DNA of 63,881 bases, filler included. It is 4 parts of 4 records of this genome, joined end to end, with 100 filler letters (N's around TTAATTAATTAA, not from the genome) between each part and the next. Parts side by side here need not be neighbours in the genome. Positions count along the whole stretch, not along the records: positions 14,244 to 35,544 come from DRR723986_9331; positions 35,645 to 47,836 come from DRR723986_9342; 2 more parts are not named here. One strand, written 5' to 3'. The position numbers were made by a program, and so were the translations under genes. The first letter of the stretch is position 1, and the number at the start of each line of letters is the position of its first letter. The notes under the pieces are model-generated. The model was given only the letters and a program-made list of their open reading frames with translations, searched no databases and had not been told where the DNA came from. Shown here in pieces: positions 30,422 through 39,963 of this stretch.

Positions 30422-31830
30422 TGACGCATTCCAAAGTGCAGCATTTCGAACAGACGCATCGAAACGGTTGCCACGCCTGGCGGCAACACAAGGATGCTGG
30501 CGCTGAGCTCGCCAACTGACAGCACGCCCAACAGGGCCCAGACAGCCACAAGTTGCTTCCAGAGGGTGGGCCAGAGGCAGCGGAGCCGACCGAACATAGA
30601 CAAGTCGTCTAGTTGCATCTCCTCCCGTACGCTTGCTGGAATCGTCAACGACAGCACGCCAAGAAAGCCCACCGCCAATGGCGCAAGCCGAAACATCTGT
30701 GCCAACACAACTGCGGTAATCGTGTGGTCGTACAAAAAACCAAGCCCCGCAAAATCGCGGTTCATTATGGCGATTACCAGCATCCCGACCAACGGCCCAG
30801 GAATACACATTGCCGTCACCATCAGTAGACCAACGCACCATCTCGCGATTCTTGCATTCGGTGGGATTGCCCAGGTGGCTGCTGCAATGATCGTTGCCAG
30901 CGAAGCAGAGCAGAAGGCAATAATGGCACTCCAATAGTATTCTTGGCTGAAGAGTGAGAATGCTTCACGCACGGTTTGAACGAAGCGCGCCCACGTCCAA
31001 CTGTAAGAGGCATCGCCGTTCGCCGTGAGCGCGGGTGTCCAACCCGCTTTCGCGACCAAACTAGCCGCAGGTAACAGAACAAGGAAACCAATGAGCAGCC
31101 ATGTTGCGATTGAACAGGCCCATCGCAGGCGGCAGAGGTCGACGGGCTGTGCAGCGAACTGCGCCTGGGGCTGTAGCCCCTGTATCTTCGCGAGACGCCA
31201 CCACAGCAAAATGCCAACTAGCACTAGCGGAAATGCCCCGAGCCCGCCCGCAACAATGTAAGTTCTGGGGCTGATCGTCCCGAGACTGGCATCCAAGTAG
31301 ACGAGTTCGGCGACGCTTGGAACCCGATAGAGATTTGTGACGACCATCTCAGTCAACACGGGAAAACAGCAAACGCCCGCACTAGCTAGCAGCCAGGGGG
31401 CCAACCGCCTCGAAACGACTTGTCGGAGCCAAAGCGCTAGGCCTCCTTCAACGATAGCAGCCTCTTCTTCACTGCGGTTTGCCCAGGTCAACCCGACAGC
31501 ACACACAAGTGCAACCTGAGGAGCTGCCGCGGCAGCATGAATTGCGGCGACCGAGAACACATTGCCGGCTGAATTCGATGGGCTCCACAGCCTGGAGAGG
31601 AATACAGTGAACCAACCTTGGGTTCCGAACCCAGCACACCATGCTCCAGCGAACGCGTACAGCGGCAAAGCAAGCTGGCTACACAAGAATAACCACGCCC
31701 ACCGCCTGCCAAGTACGTTGGTCCGAGCCAAGAGAATAGCAAGAGTTGCTCCGACCGGGACAGCCAAGAGTATTGTCAGGCCACATACAGCCAGCGTATT
31801 AAGAACAGCCTCAATGACTTCTTGGTTCAT
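30334..31830 (-). CDS. Iron/thiamine-type ABC transporter permease (duplicated TM domain)
   Basis: Multiple TMs, EEEAA loop, GEL..S.LV.PPG motif; 88-bp convergent overlap with truB. Confidence 0.78.
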   Translation of the reverse strand: MNQEVIEAVLNTLAVCGLTILLAVPVGATLAILLARTNVLGRRWAWLFLCSQLALPLYAFAGAWCAGFGTQGWFTVFLSRLWSPSNSAGNVFSVAAIHAAAAAPQVALVCAVGLTWANRSEEEAAIVEGGLALWLRQVVSRRLAPWLLASAGVCCFPVLTEMVVTNLYRVPSVAELVYLDASLGTISPRTYIVAGGLGAFPLVLVGILLWWRLAKIQGLQPQAQFAAQPVDLCRLRWACSIATWLLIGFLVLLPAASLVAKAGWTPALTANGDASYSWTWARFVQTVREAFSLFSQEYYWSAIIAFCSASLATIIAAATWAIPPNARIARWCVGLLMVTAMCIPGPLVGMLVIAIMNRDFAGLGFLYDHTITAVVLAQMFRLAPLAVGFLGVLSLTIPASVREEMQLDDLSMFGRLRCLWPTLWKQLVAVWALLGVLSVGELSASILVLPPGVATVSMRLFEMLHFGMRHQDSALCGVLVLLGGLVGVLVTKTLSARQ

Positions 31831-32326
31831 GGGTGACCGGTCTACGCAGAATTGTCCGAATTGTCTTGAGGCAGAAACCAAGACTCTAGTCTAAAGACTT
31901 TGCCGAAGTCGCACACCTATCGTATAGCTATCGTAAGTGGCCCAATCGAATCGAATGGCCGGCCCCCGTATCCAGCCGCGTTTTGGTAGCTATTTGCCCA
32001 TGAAACTTGGCGGCCCGTAAGCTGGGAGCTTGAGTTCGAAGAGCGATCGCTGGTCGAGCGCGGGAGATGTGATGGTTGTGAGGAGTGTTCGGATTGCTGC
32101 GGCCTTGTCCTTTCTGCGAATCCGTCGTGGGGCGAGGTGGAAATGCGGCCATTCTTGGCGGCAACCCGCCGCACGGGACGCAGTGGTGTGTATGCTTTAA
32201 GGGACAACACTACCCCCGCGAAACTACCTCCGGCGAATCCGTGACAAGGTCGGGCTGGGCGATGGGCTTAGCTGAAAATGAACGCTGCGGGCGGGCGAGT
32301 GTTGCGAACCACAGGAGACGATGTTT

Positions 32327-32962
32327 ATGGCGCGGCCTCTAAGATTTGAACTTGGCGACGAAGAGTTTGCCTTGGAGATGAATAAGGTTGACCGTGCAAA
32401 GCTATACGGAACCAAGGAAGTCGAAGTGGTCGACTCCGATGAATCCGCCTGCGAATTGGCTACGCTGGCCGATGACGGTCGAACACTCATCGGCAAAGGT
32501 GGCACCGGCCTCGGCTGGATCGATGCTGACGGGCACTGGTGCGACAAGACCGAGCTGAAGCCCATTAATGTAGATGGCGACGAGGTCATTCCGGTCAAGA
32601 GCTCCTTCTCGTCGGCGATCAAACTGTTTGATACCGCAACGGTCGACGAGTACTTCGAACACAACATCCGCTTGCTCTATGAATTGCAACCGGTCGACGC
32701 AGATTGTCAAGTTTCTGAATCGTACAAGCAGTTGGTTTCGGAGCTGAAGAAGGGCACCATCTTTACATTCCCCTACAGCTTTCGCGGAGGGTTGGAAGCA
32801 GATGCTGCATTCCTGCTAACCAATGATCAAGGGGCCATGATGATGGCTGTCGGTTCGAAGACGGAGGTTGCTTATGTCGGCCTGCAAGCGGCTGCGGCTG
32901 CCGCCGAGGGAGAGCAAGCAGATGCTCCTGCGGCTGACGACTTCGACTTTGACATGATCTAG
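32327..32962 (+). CDS. Hypothetical protein, putative divergent Ku-core protein A
   Basis: AGGAGA RBS. By-eye match to bacterial Ku: YELQP..SESYKQLVSELKK..FPYSFRG..AAFL..AMMM versus recalled YFLEP..SKSYVLLAKTLAE..VHFTLRN..LAAL..VMMV. Acidic tail. Confidence 0.6.
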   Translation: MARPLRFELGDEEFALEMNKVDRAKLYGTKEVEVVDSDESACELATLADDGRTLIGKGGTGLGWIDADGHWCDKTELKPINVDGDEVIPVKSSFSSAIKLFDTATVDEYFEHNIRLLYELQPVDADCQVSESYKQLVSELKKGTIFTFPYSFRGGLEADAAFLLTNDQGAMMMAVGSKTEVAYVGLQAAAAAAEGEQADAPAADDFDFDMI

Positions 32963-33000
32963 AGTCCACTAGAATTCCGAATCTACTGGGAAGATTATCC

Positions 33001-33720
33001 ATGCCGGAAATCAATATCGCTAACAGCAAGGGCCGCGACGCACTGGTTGGGCTCGAAAGCGTGACAAGCACCAATCCGGTGCGATGGGTTGATGCACAAG
33101 GCCGCCAGGCTGCAAGTGCGCGTTACGTCAAGGCAACTCTTGGGCACGACATCGAAAGCCTGAAACGGGAACATGGCGAACTACCATCTGTAGGCAAAGC
33201 GATCTTGGAAGGCGATCCTGAGATTGATCTGACAAACACGGGGCGGTTCCTGAAGGAAACGGCGAGGGTGTTCGTCGATGCTCGAGGCGAAATCGTCCGA
33301 AATGTTCGCTTCTTCGAAGTGATCAAGAATCCCGACGGCTCAGAGCGTGAACGTCGCGTGCGGCAACTGGCGGACCCGAACGTTTCTGGGGACTCACCGC
33401 TCAAGTGGTCGGGCGTGTTCATTCCGAAGGAGAAAGCAGTACGGAAGTTTGTCTTCAGCGGCAAGGCTCAACTGCAGCACGTCAACGGCCTCACGTACGA
33501 CTTCCTGTTCGGAATGGCGAAAGACTTAGAGGACCGCAATAGCCTGATGCTTCTCGGGGCCGGCAACGACAGCAAACAACCATTGATTCTTCGCCGCGGC
33601 GGCACTCCCTACCGGGGATTCTTAGAAGGACGTACCGATGGTGACAAGTACTGTCTTATCTTGCACTTTTCCAATCTAGAGCTGAAGGTTGCATCGGAAA
33701 GCAAGGGAGGCGAAAAATGA
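33001..33720 (+). CDS. Hypothetical protein, putative divergent Ku-core protein B
   Basis: By-eye match to Ku at VGLESVT..VRW..RY, VDARGEIV, FIPKE, YDFLFGMAKDLED, LILRR and LILHF..EL; ATGA overlap with the ligase gene. Confidence 0.6.
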   Translation: MPEINIANSKGRDALVGLESVTSTNPVRWVDAQGRQAASARYVKATLGHDIESLKREHGELPSVGKAILEGDPEIDLTNTGRFLKETARVFVDARGEIVRNVRFFEVIKNPDGSERERRVRQLADPNVSGDSPLKWSGVFIPKEKAVRKFVFSGKAQLQHVNGLTYDFLFGMAKDLEDRNSLMLLGAGNDSKQPLILRRGGTPYRGFLEGRTDGDKYCLILHFSNLELKVASESKGGEK

Positions 33721-35189
33721 GTAACTTAGCGCTTACGATTGACCAAGGCCGATTCACAGTGAAGTTGGGAGACTATTCCGTCGGTCCAGCCACTGCATTG
33801 TCGGACTCCAACATTCTGAGTCTGACACAGGATTATCGCCGGCAAGTTGCAGGGCGTATGGCACCGCTTTCGCCAGAGGATGTTTCGGCTCGGATTCCGC
33901 AAGGGGAATACCATGCAAGCCGAAAACTGGATGGCGAGTTCACAGCACTTGTCTATCAAGATGGGCATGCATTCTGCATTAACCCAGGTGGAACCGTGCG
34001 CTCTGGCCTGCCGTTCATGGATGAGGCCGCGAAGGCTTTTGAAGCAGCGGGCATCAACTCGGCCATCATCGCCGGGGAGCTGTATGTTCATTTGCCAAAG
34101 AAGAAACGAAGCCGTGTTCACGATGTCACTAAGATTGCTCGGAATCCAAAGACGGCGGCAGATCTGAAGAAGTTGCGTTTTGCGGCTTTCGACGTGATTC
34201 AGATCGACGGGCAGCCGGGCGGCGAGTCGTACGCTGACCGATTCCAAACTGTGGAATCAATCTTTGCCAAAGGGAAGCTTGCCACCACGGTTGAAACGCA
34301 AATCGTTTCAGGTGCGGATGAAATCAAGAGTCTGGTCGCGAAATGGGTGGAGGGCGAAGAAGCCGAGGGGGTTGTTGTTCGCAGTGACGACACCGGTTCA
34401 TTCAAGATCAAGCCACAACACACGCTGGACGTTGTCGTCGTAGGCTTCACGGAGGCGGTCGACCAACGGGCTGGCCTGCTGCATGACCTGCTCGTTGCCG
34501 TCATGCGGAAGGACGGTAGCTTTCACGTTTTGACCAAAGTCGGCGGTGGCTTCAGTGAAGATCAGCGACGCGAGATGCTCAGCGACTTGAAGGACATGGT
34601 CGTTGAGAGCGAGTACATCGAGGTCAACTCAGACTACGTGGCTTATCAAATGGTCAAGCCTGAGTGGGTGATCGAGATATCCTGTTTGGATTTGATCTCG
34701 CAAACGACCCGCGGTGGGCCGGTGAATCGAATGGCCATCGATTTCTCGGAAGATGCTGGGTACCGCGTCGTTCGTCGGCTTCCGCTCGCAACCGTCATCT
34801 CTCCTCAGTTCGTGCGTGTTCGTGACGACAAGAATGTTGAACAGTCGGACATTCGCATTGAACAAGTCAGTGAACGCGTCGTAGTCGACATGCTTGACGC
34901 CGATGCGCGAACATTTACGCTACCCGAGAGTGAGGTTGTCAAACGTGAAGTGTTTACGAAGGTGCTCAAGGGACAAACGATGGTCCGCAAGTTCGTTTTG
35001 ATCAAGACGAACAAAGAACAGTCGGGCGAGGATTTCCCTGCCTACGTACTTCACTACACGGACTTCAGCCCGAACCGCAAGGATCCGCTGGCCCGCGATG
35101 TTTTTGTAAGCAATTCTGAAGCTCAGATTCAGTCAATGTTTCTCTCGCTGAAGGAGAAGAACATCAAGAAGGGCTGGGCCGAAGCGTAA
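33717..35189 (+). CDS. ATP-dependent DNA ligase-family protein with C-terminal WGR-like domain
   Basis: Motif I RKLDGE, III IAGELY, IIIa AFDVI, IV EGVVVR, V KIKP; OB fold (LDVVVVGF, KVGGGFS, VKPEWVIEI); VI PQFVRVRDDK. Confidence 0.88.
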   Translation: MSNLALTIDQGRFTVKLGDYSVGPATALSDSNILSLTQDYRRQVAGRMAPLSPEDVSARIPQGEYHASRKLDGEFTALVYQDGHAFCINPGGTVRSGLPFMDEAAKAFEAAGINSAIIAGELYVHLPKKKRSRVHDVTKIARNPKTAADLKKLRFAAFDVIQIDGQPGGESYADRFQTVESIFAKGKLATTVETQIVSGADEIKSLVAKWVEGEEAEGVVVRSDDTGSFKIKPQHTLDVVVVGFTEAVDQRAGLLHDLLVAVMRKDGSFHVLTKVGGGFSEDQRREMLSDLKDMVVESEYIEVNSDYVAYQMVKPEWVIEISCLDLISQTTRGGPVNRMAIDFSEDAGYRVVRRLPLATVISPQFVRVRDDKNVEQSDIRIEQVSERVVVDMLDADARTFTLPESEVVKREVFTKVLKGQTMVRKFVLIKTNKEQSGEDFPAYVLHYTDFSPNRKDPLARDVFVSNSEAQIQSMFLSLKEKNIKKGWAEA

Positions 35190-35544
35190 ACTCCTTGGCC
35201 ACGTCGAATTGACGACTTTTCGCCATCGAAGTGAATACTCGTGCTAACTACAGGCCGCGTTAGCGTGGGGGTTAGGCCAGAGCATCAAAAGCCGGGCCGC
35301 GATCTCGACTGGTCGGTTTGGTTCAATTTCTTCTAATATCTTTGAACAAACGCTAGCAGCCAGCGCATCATTCCTCTCTAGGGCGTGAACCTAGCCCCTG
35401 CGGACTTCTTCCGGGCATTGGGGCGACCAATCGTGGCAGGCTTGGCCGGTCCTCTGTTGACAGCATTTTTCCTTGCCAATCGATGATTTCGGTTATTTGC
35501 AATACTGCAGAAAAAACAAGTTATACTGGTCGTCAAGCTTGACG

Positions 35545-35644
35545 NNNNNNNNNNNNNNNNNNNNNNNNNNNNNNNNNNNNNNNNNNNNTTAATTAATTAA
35601 NNNNNNNNNNNNNNNNNNNNNNNNNNNNNNNNNNNNNNNNNNNN
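35545..35644. other. Artificial contig spacer
   Basis: 44N-TTAATTAATTAA-44N. Confidence 0.98.
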
Positions 35645-35786
35645 TGGGCCCTTTGATTTCACTCAAAGAAGCGCTCAACAGCCCACAAGCAATTCAAAAG
35701 TAATCCAGAAGCAAGACTGAAGTCCAACTGCGCGCCGGAACTGACTCTACAACCAGCACTCAATTCCATCGCGTCAGGTGCCAGGC

Positions 35787-35833
35787 AAAAAACAAAAAAG
35801 GTGACGCAGAATCGAAACGTCTACGCCACCTTT
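35787..35833 (-). terminator. Intrinsic terminator of the peptide ABC operon
   Basis: Minus strand reads AAAGGTGGCGTAGA-loop-TCTGCGTCACCTTTTTTG. Confidence 0.8.
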
Positions 35834-35861
35834 GTGATAAATTTGTCAGCTGCTAATTAGC

Positions 35862-37079
35862 TTAACGCCTGATAGCCTTTGGATCAATTGCGTCCTGTAA
35901 ACCATCACCAAAGAAGTTAAAACTCATGACGGTAAGCAGGATCAAAAATCCGGGCAGGAGAATCAGGTGCGGCGCGTCAAAAACCATTTCCTTGGCGTTC
36001 ATTAACATGTTACCCCAGGAAGGTGTCGGCGGCTGAATACCAAGGCTCAGGAAGGAGAGTGCGGCTTCCGATAGAATCGCATCACCAACACCGAGTGTGA
36101 CGGCTACCAGCAGGGGAGCGATCACGTTGGGAGTAATGTGACGGAAAATCACCCAGGCGTCCTTGGCTCCCAATGTGCGTGCCGCTAAAATAAACTCGCG
36201 TTCGCGGATCGAGAGGATGCTACCGCGGACCAGACGTGCAACCGTCATCCACGAAAACAACATCAGCACAATAAACACTTTCCAAATACTCTCATTGTCG
36301 CCGCCTATCAGGGCGTTAACAAATGGTACTTTTTCGAGTGAGATTGCGGAGAACACAATTAGAATCGGCAGGCGCGGCAAGGCGATCAAAGAGTCGGTGA
36401 CACGCATTAAAATGCCGTCGATTATCCCGCCGTAATAACCGGAAATGCTTCCGATTAACAGGCCGATTATCGCTGCTGCGAGCGCAACAATGATACCGAC
36501 GAAGATTGAAACGCGTGTGCCGTACACCAGGCGAATAAACACGTCGCGGCCAAGTTGGTCCGTGCCGAAAATGTGAAAAGTCTCAAAACGTTCAACCAAA
36601 GTGCGGAAATCTCCCATCCCGTCGCCAGTGAGAGGCTCCAGCTTGGGGAGGATGTCCAGTCCTTCGCTTGCAAAAGTTGTGACGACCTTTTCACGATCGG
36701 CTCCGGCATCCACGATTCCGGCTGCGCTAAAGGTTTGTATCAGGGAAGTTTCGCGTTCGGCATCGGCCTTTAAAAACTCTTCAACGGCGAACTCGCGTTC
36801 GCTGAAGGATTTTTCGAGCGTTGTGAACATGGCCTCGTAACGATGGCCCAGGTTCTGCTCGTTCTGGTCGATGTTAACCGTCCAGGCGATGACGTCGGCA
36901 AAAATAGCGACGAGCAGTGCGACGCAGATAAAACCAAAACCGACGAGTGCCAGTTTGTGATCTTTAAACTGCGTAACGACGATCTGCAGCATCGACTTGG
37001 CTTCGACGTGTTCTTCGAAGCCTGCTCCCTGTTTGTCTGCGCCGTTTTCTGCGGCGGAATTCGTTTGCACGTTGCTCAT
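35862..37079 (-). CDS. Peptide ABC transporter permease (OppC/DppC family) with enlarged extracytoplasmic insertion
   Basis: FGTDQLGRD, REFILAARTLGA, PPTPSWGNM and GDGLQDAIDP motifs. Confidence 0.92.
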   Translation of the reverse strand: MSNVQTNSAAENGADKQGAGFEEHVEAKSMLQIVVTQFKDHKLALVGFGFICVALLVAIFADVIAWTVNIDQNEQNLGHRYEAMFTTLEKSFSEREFAVEEFLKADAERETSLIQTFSAAGIVDAGADREKVVTTFASEGLDILPKLEPLTGDGMGDFRTLVERFETFHIFGTDQLGRDVFIRLVYGTRVSIFVGIIVALAAAIIGLLIGSISGYYGGIIDGILMRVTDSLIALPRLPILIVFSAISLEKVPFVNALIGGDNESIWKVFIVLMLFSWMTVARLVRGSILSIREREFILAARTLGAKDAWVIFRHITPNVIAPLLVAVTLGVGDAILSEAALSFLSLGIQPPTPSWGNMLMNAKEMVFDAPHLILLPGFLILLTVMSFNFFGDGLQDAIDPKAIRR

Positions 37080-37094
37080 GGTTTTTGCTGTGTT

Positions 37095-38066
37095 TTACGA
37101 ATAGGAAATGCGCGGATCGACGACGGCGTACAGGACATCGGCGATCAGGTTCATGACGAGGACCATGATGATCGTGATCATGAAACTGACCATCGCTGCA
37201 TTGTAGTCGCTGTTAATAATTGCTGTGTAAAGGAACTGGCCGATGCCCAGATAACCAAACACCGTTTCGGTAATCAGAGACCCCGAAAACAGGAATGAGA
37301 GGCTGAGGGCAACGATTGTAATAATTGGGATAAGCGCATTGCGGAAGCCGTGTATCCAGATGACAGTTCGGCGGTCCATGCCCTTGGCACGTGCCGTACG
37401 AATAAAGTCATTGCGCATCGCTTCCATCATGGAGCTGCGCGCATAACGCACATAAACACCCATTTGCAGTGCGGTTAAAGAGAGCACGGGTAAAACAAGG
37501 TGCCAGAGGCGGTCACCAAGTTGTCCCATTAAGCTCATTGAATCATGACTGGAATCGATCGTTCCACTGGCGGGAAACCAGCCGAGGCCCGATGCAAAGA
37601 TCATGATAAACACCAGCGCCAGAAAGAACGAAGGTGTCGAGATTCCGGCAAAAGCCGTAAAGTTCGCCAGATAGTCCAGCTTGGAGTTCGGCTTAAGGCC
37701 CGAGAAGACGCCAAGTGGAATACCGACCAACAATGCCAGCCCCATCGCAAATGCGGAGAGCAGCGTTGTATTTAACAGTCTATCCCAGATTAGGTCTGTC
37801 ACCGGAACACGGTAGGTACGCGAGTAGCCCAGGTCGCCCTGCAATACTCCGGCAGCCCAGTCTCCGTACTTGGTGAAGAATGATTGTTCGGTACCGTAAA
37901 TCTCTTTAAGACGCGCGATATCCTCGGGCGTAATATTTGGTATCGAACTGATCATAATGTCGAGTGGGTCACCCGGCATCAATTGCATTACGCCAAACGC
38001 GACCATCGAAAGTAGGATGGTCACGACAACGGTTTGCAATAATCGGCGCAAAATATAGGCGGTCAT
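37095..38066 (-). CDS. Peptide ABC transporter permease (OppB/DppB family)
   Basis: YILRRL, MPGDP, GDLGYS, DFIRTARAKG and DVLYAVVDPRI motifs. Confidence 0.93.
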   Translation of the reverse strand: MTAYILRRLLQTVVVTILLSMVAFGVMQLMPGDPLDIMISSIPNITPEDIARLKEIYGTEQSFFTKYGDWAAGVLQGDLGYSRTYRVPVTDLIWDRLLNTTLLSAFAMGLALLVGIPLGVFSGLKPNSKLDYLANFTAFAGISTPSFFLALVFIMIFASGLGWFPASGTIDSSHDSMSLMGQLGDRLWHLVLPVLSLTALQMGVYVRYARSSMMEAMRNDFIRTARAKGMDRRTVIWIHGFRNALIPIITIVALSLSFLFSGSLITETVFGYLGIGQFLYTAIINSDYNAAMVSFMITIIMVLVMNLIADVLYAVVDPRISYS

Positions 38067-38103
38067 GCGGCCTGTCCTTGTTTAATTCCGCGTACGGGTT
38101 CGA

Positions 38104-39819
38104 TTAATTGGAAGCGGCCGGTTTCAGATTCCAGTATTCAACGTGATGTGACGCTGAGAACTGGTGTGAGGTTAAGTGGTAACCTTCCATGTTAATCGGC
38201 GTGACCGAGATATTGGCACGATAGTACAGTGGAATGACAGGTACGTCGCGAGTATATTCGCCCAGGACGCCGTGAATCTGTTGCTTGCGCATTGCCGGAT
38301 CCAGTTCGTCTTCCATTTCGTCAATCAGGCTGTCAACGACAGGGTTGGACCAGCCCGGCGTATTTTGACCGCTGTAGCTGTTTGACTCTGCCGGAATGCT
38401 TTCGGTATGCAGTGTCGATTTTGGCGTGCTTTGTGGGGAGGAAATCCAGGCGTACATGGCCATGCCGGTATAGAGGCGTTTACGTGTGGTTTCACCAAAG
38501 AATACGCGTGCATTCTGATTGTTAATCACCAGGTCTACACCGACGCGTTTTAACATACTCTGCAGAATTTCCTGAACGTTCTGGCGCGTCTTATCGCCGG
38601 ACGTTGTCATAATTGTTAACTGTAAACGTTCGTCGTCTTTGTAACGGAAACCGTCATCACCCATCATCCAGCCGGCTTCTTCGAGCAGGCTTTCAGCTGT
38701 GGAGCGCGAGTAGTCGTAGAGTGTGATTTTTGAGGGATCGTCGGTATACCATTCAACGTCTACAGGAGAAACATTGTGGATAGCCGTTTTCTGGCGATTC
38801 TCAAAAAGTGTTTTTGTGATTTCATCGCGATTGATCGCATGTGTTAATGCACGGCGAACGCGCAGGTCTTGCAGGATCGGATTGTCCAGATTAAGATCGA
38901 TGTGCTCATACACCAGGCCGTCCACGTAGTTAACTTTGTAGGGCATGCCGTCAGCATTGATGCTTTTCTCAAATTTGGAGGCCTGGTCAAATTTTAGACC
39001 AAGGACGGAGATCATGTGGATCGTTCCGGCGCGCAGGTTGGCTTCGAGCGTGCTGGTATCGGGCAGATACATCAGCACAATCTTATCGATATTCGGGCCA
39101 TCACCAAACCAGTGTTCGTTTTTAACCAGTGTGACGTGGTCACCAAGTTTGATTTCCGATACACGGTAAGGGCCGCAGTACAAACCGGGATTGGTTGGGT
39201 CGGTTGTGTACATTGAGTTTTTCTCATAACCCTGGTTGGTTTCCTTGAACTCTTCAAAGACTTCAAAGTCCAGGTGATGTGGCAGCATGTAAAATGTACC
39301 CTGCTGGTTAAAGTCCCAGCGCACCTTGTCAAAGGTAAAGGTAAACTTACGCGGGTTGTCAGGATCGATGTCAACAGCTGTAATCATGCTGAAAACTTCG
39401 CGCGAGCCAACGCCAACGGTGTTGGTGTTGCCCACGACCCATGAGAACCATGCATCTTTGCCGGTTACCGGAGTTCCGTCACCCCAGCTGACGCCTTCTT
39501 TGATTTCCCATGTGGACTTGAGCGTTGGAACGCCGTCGATTGTGTCGATGCGTGCCAGGCCGTTTTCAAGTGTTGGAATTTCGGTACAAATCGGTGAGAC
39601 CCAGTTATTGTTATAGTCCATCGTCACGATATTGCGGTTAACGAAGGAATAGATATAGGTCGTTGCATTCATTGTCATGATCAGGGGATTGAGATTCTCA
39701 AACTCCTGCGACATGCCGATTTTGAACTCTGTGTTGCCCGGCAGCGGTTTTTCATCCGCACAGCTAAGCAACATCATTCCGGCGAGGAAAGTAAGAAAGA
39801 CGCCACGTAATAAAACCAT
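38104..39819 (-). CDS. Peptide ABC transporter substrate-binding lipoprotein (family 5)
   Basis: Lipobox LLSC; WGDGTPVTGKD, GPYRV and VRRALTHAINR motifs. Confidence 0.92.
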   Translation of the reverse strand: MVLLRGVFLTFLAGMMLLSCADEKPLPGNTEFKIGMSQEFENLNPLIMTMNATTYIYSFVNRNIVTMDYNNNWVSPICTEIPTLENGLARIDTIDGVPTLKSTWEIKEGVSWGDGTPVTGKDAWFSWVVGNTNTVGVGSREVFSMITAVDIDPDNPRKFTFTFDKVRWDFNQQGTFYMLPHHLDFEVFEEFKETNQGYEKNSMYTTDPTNPGLYCGPYRVSEIKLGDHVTLVKNEHWFGDGPNIDKIVLMYLPDTSTLEANLRAGTIHMISVLGLKFDQASKFEKSINADGMPYKVNYVDGLVYEHIDLNLDNPILQDLRVRRALTHAINRDEITKTLFENRQKTAIHNVSPVDVEWYTDDPSKITLYDYSRSTAESLLEEAGWMMGDDGFRYKDDERLQLTIMTTSGDKTRQNVQEILQSMLKRVGVDLVINNQNARVFFGETTRKRLYTGMAMYAWISSPQSTPKSTLHTESIPAESNSYSGQNTPGWSNPVVDSLIDEMEDELDPAMRKQQIHGVLGEYTRDVPVIPLYYRANISVTPINMEGYHLTSHQFSASHHVEYWNLKPAASN

Positions 39820-39963
39820 TGGGTAAAACTCCTTAAACGGAACTATATAGTTGTATGGTATACATTCAAATTTTTGTGCCACAACTGGCAATAAGAGCAA
39901 GCGGATGCGCCGCCAGCCACCTGAAATGATAACACGTGTATGTTATCGTTTTTGGCCTTTGCC

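Noticed and set aside
31900-32320. Riboswitch or SOS box upstream of the Ku-like operon
   Set aside because: Only short hairpins and a possible extended -10 (TGTGTATGCT); no recognisable aptamer and no motif shared with the recA upstream region
33717-35189. Canonical LigD or an RNA ligase
   Set aside because: No primase-polymerase or phosphoesterase domain; the OB fold and motif VI are of DNA-ligase type
35531-35544. Perfect 14-bp palindrome CGTCAAGCTTGACG
   Set aside because: Sits exactly at the contig end; may be chance or an assembly artefact
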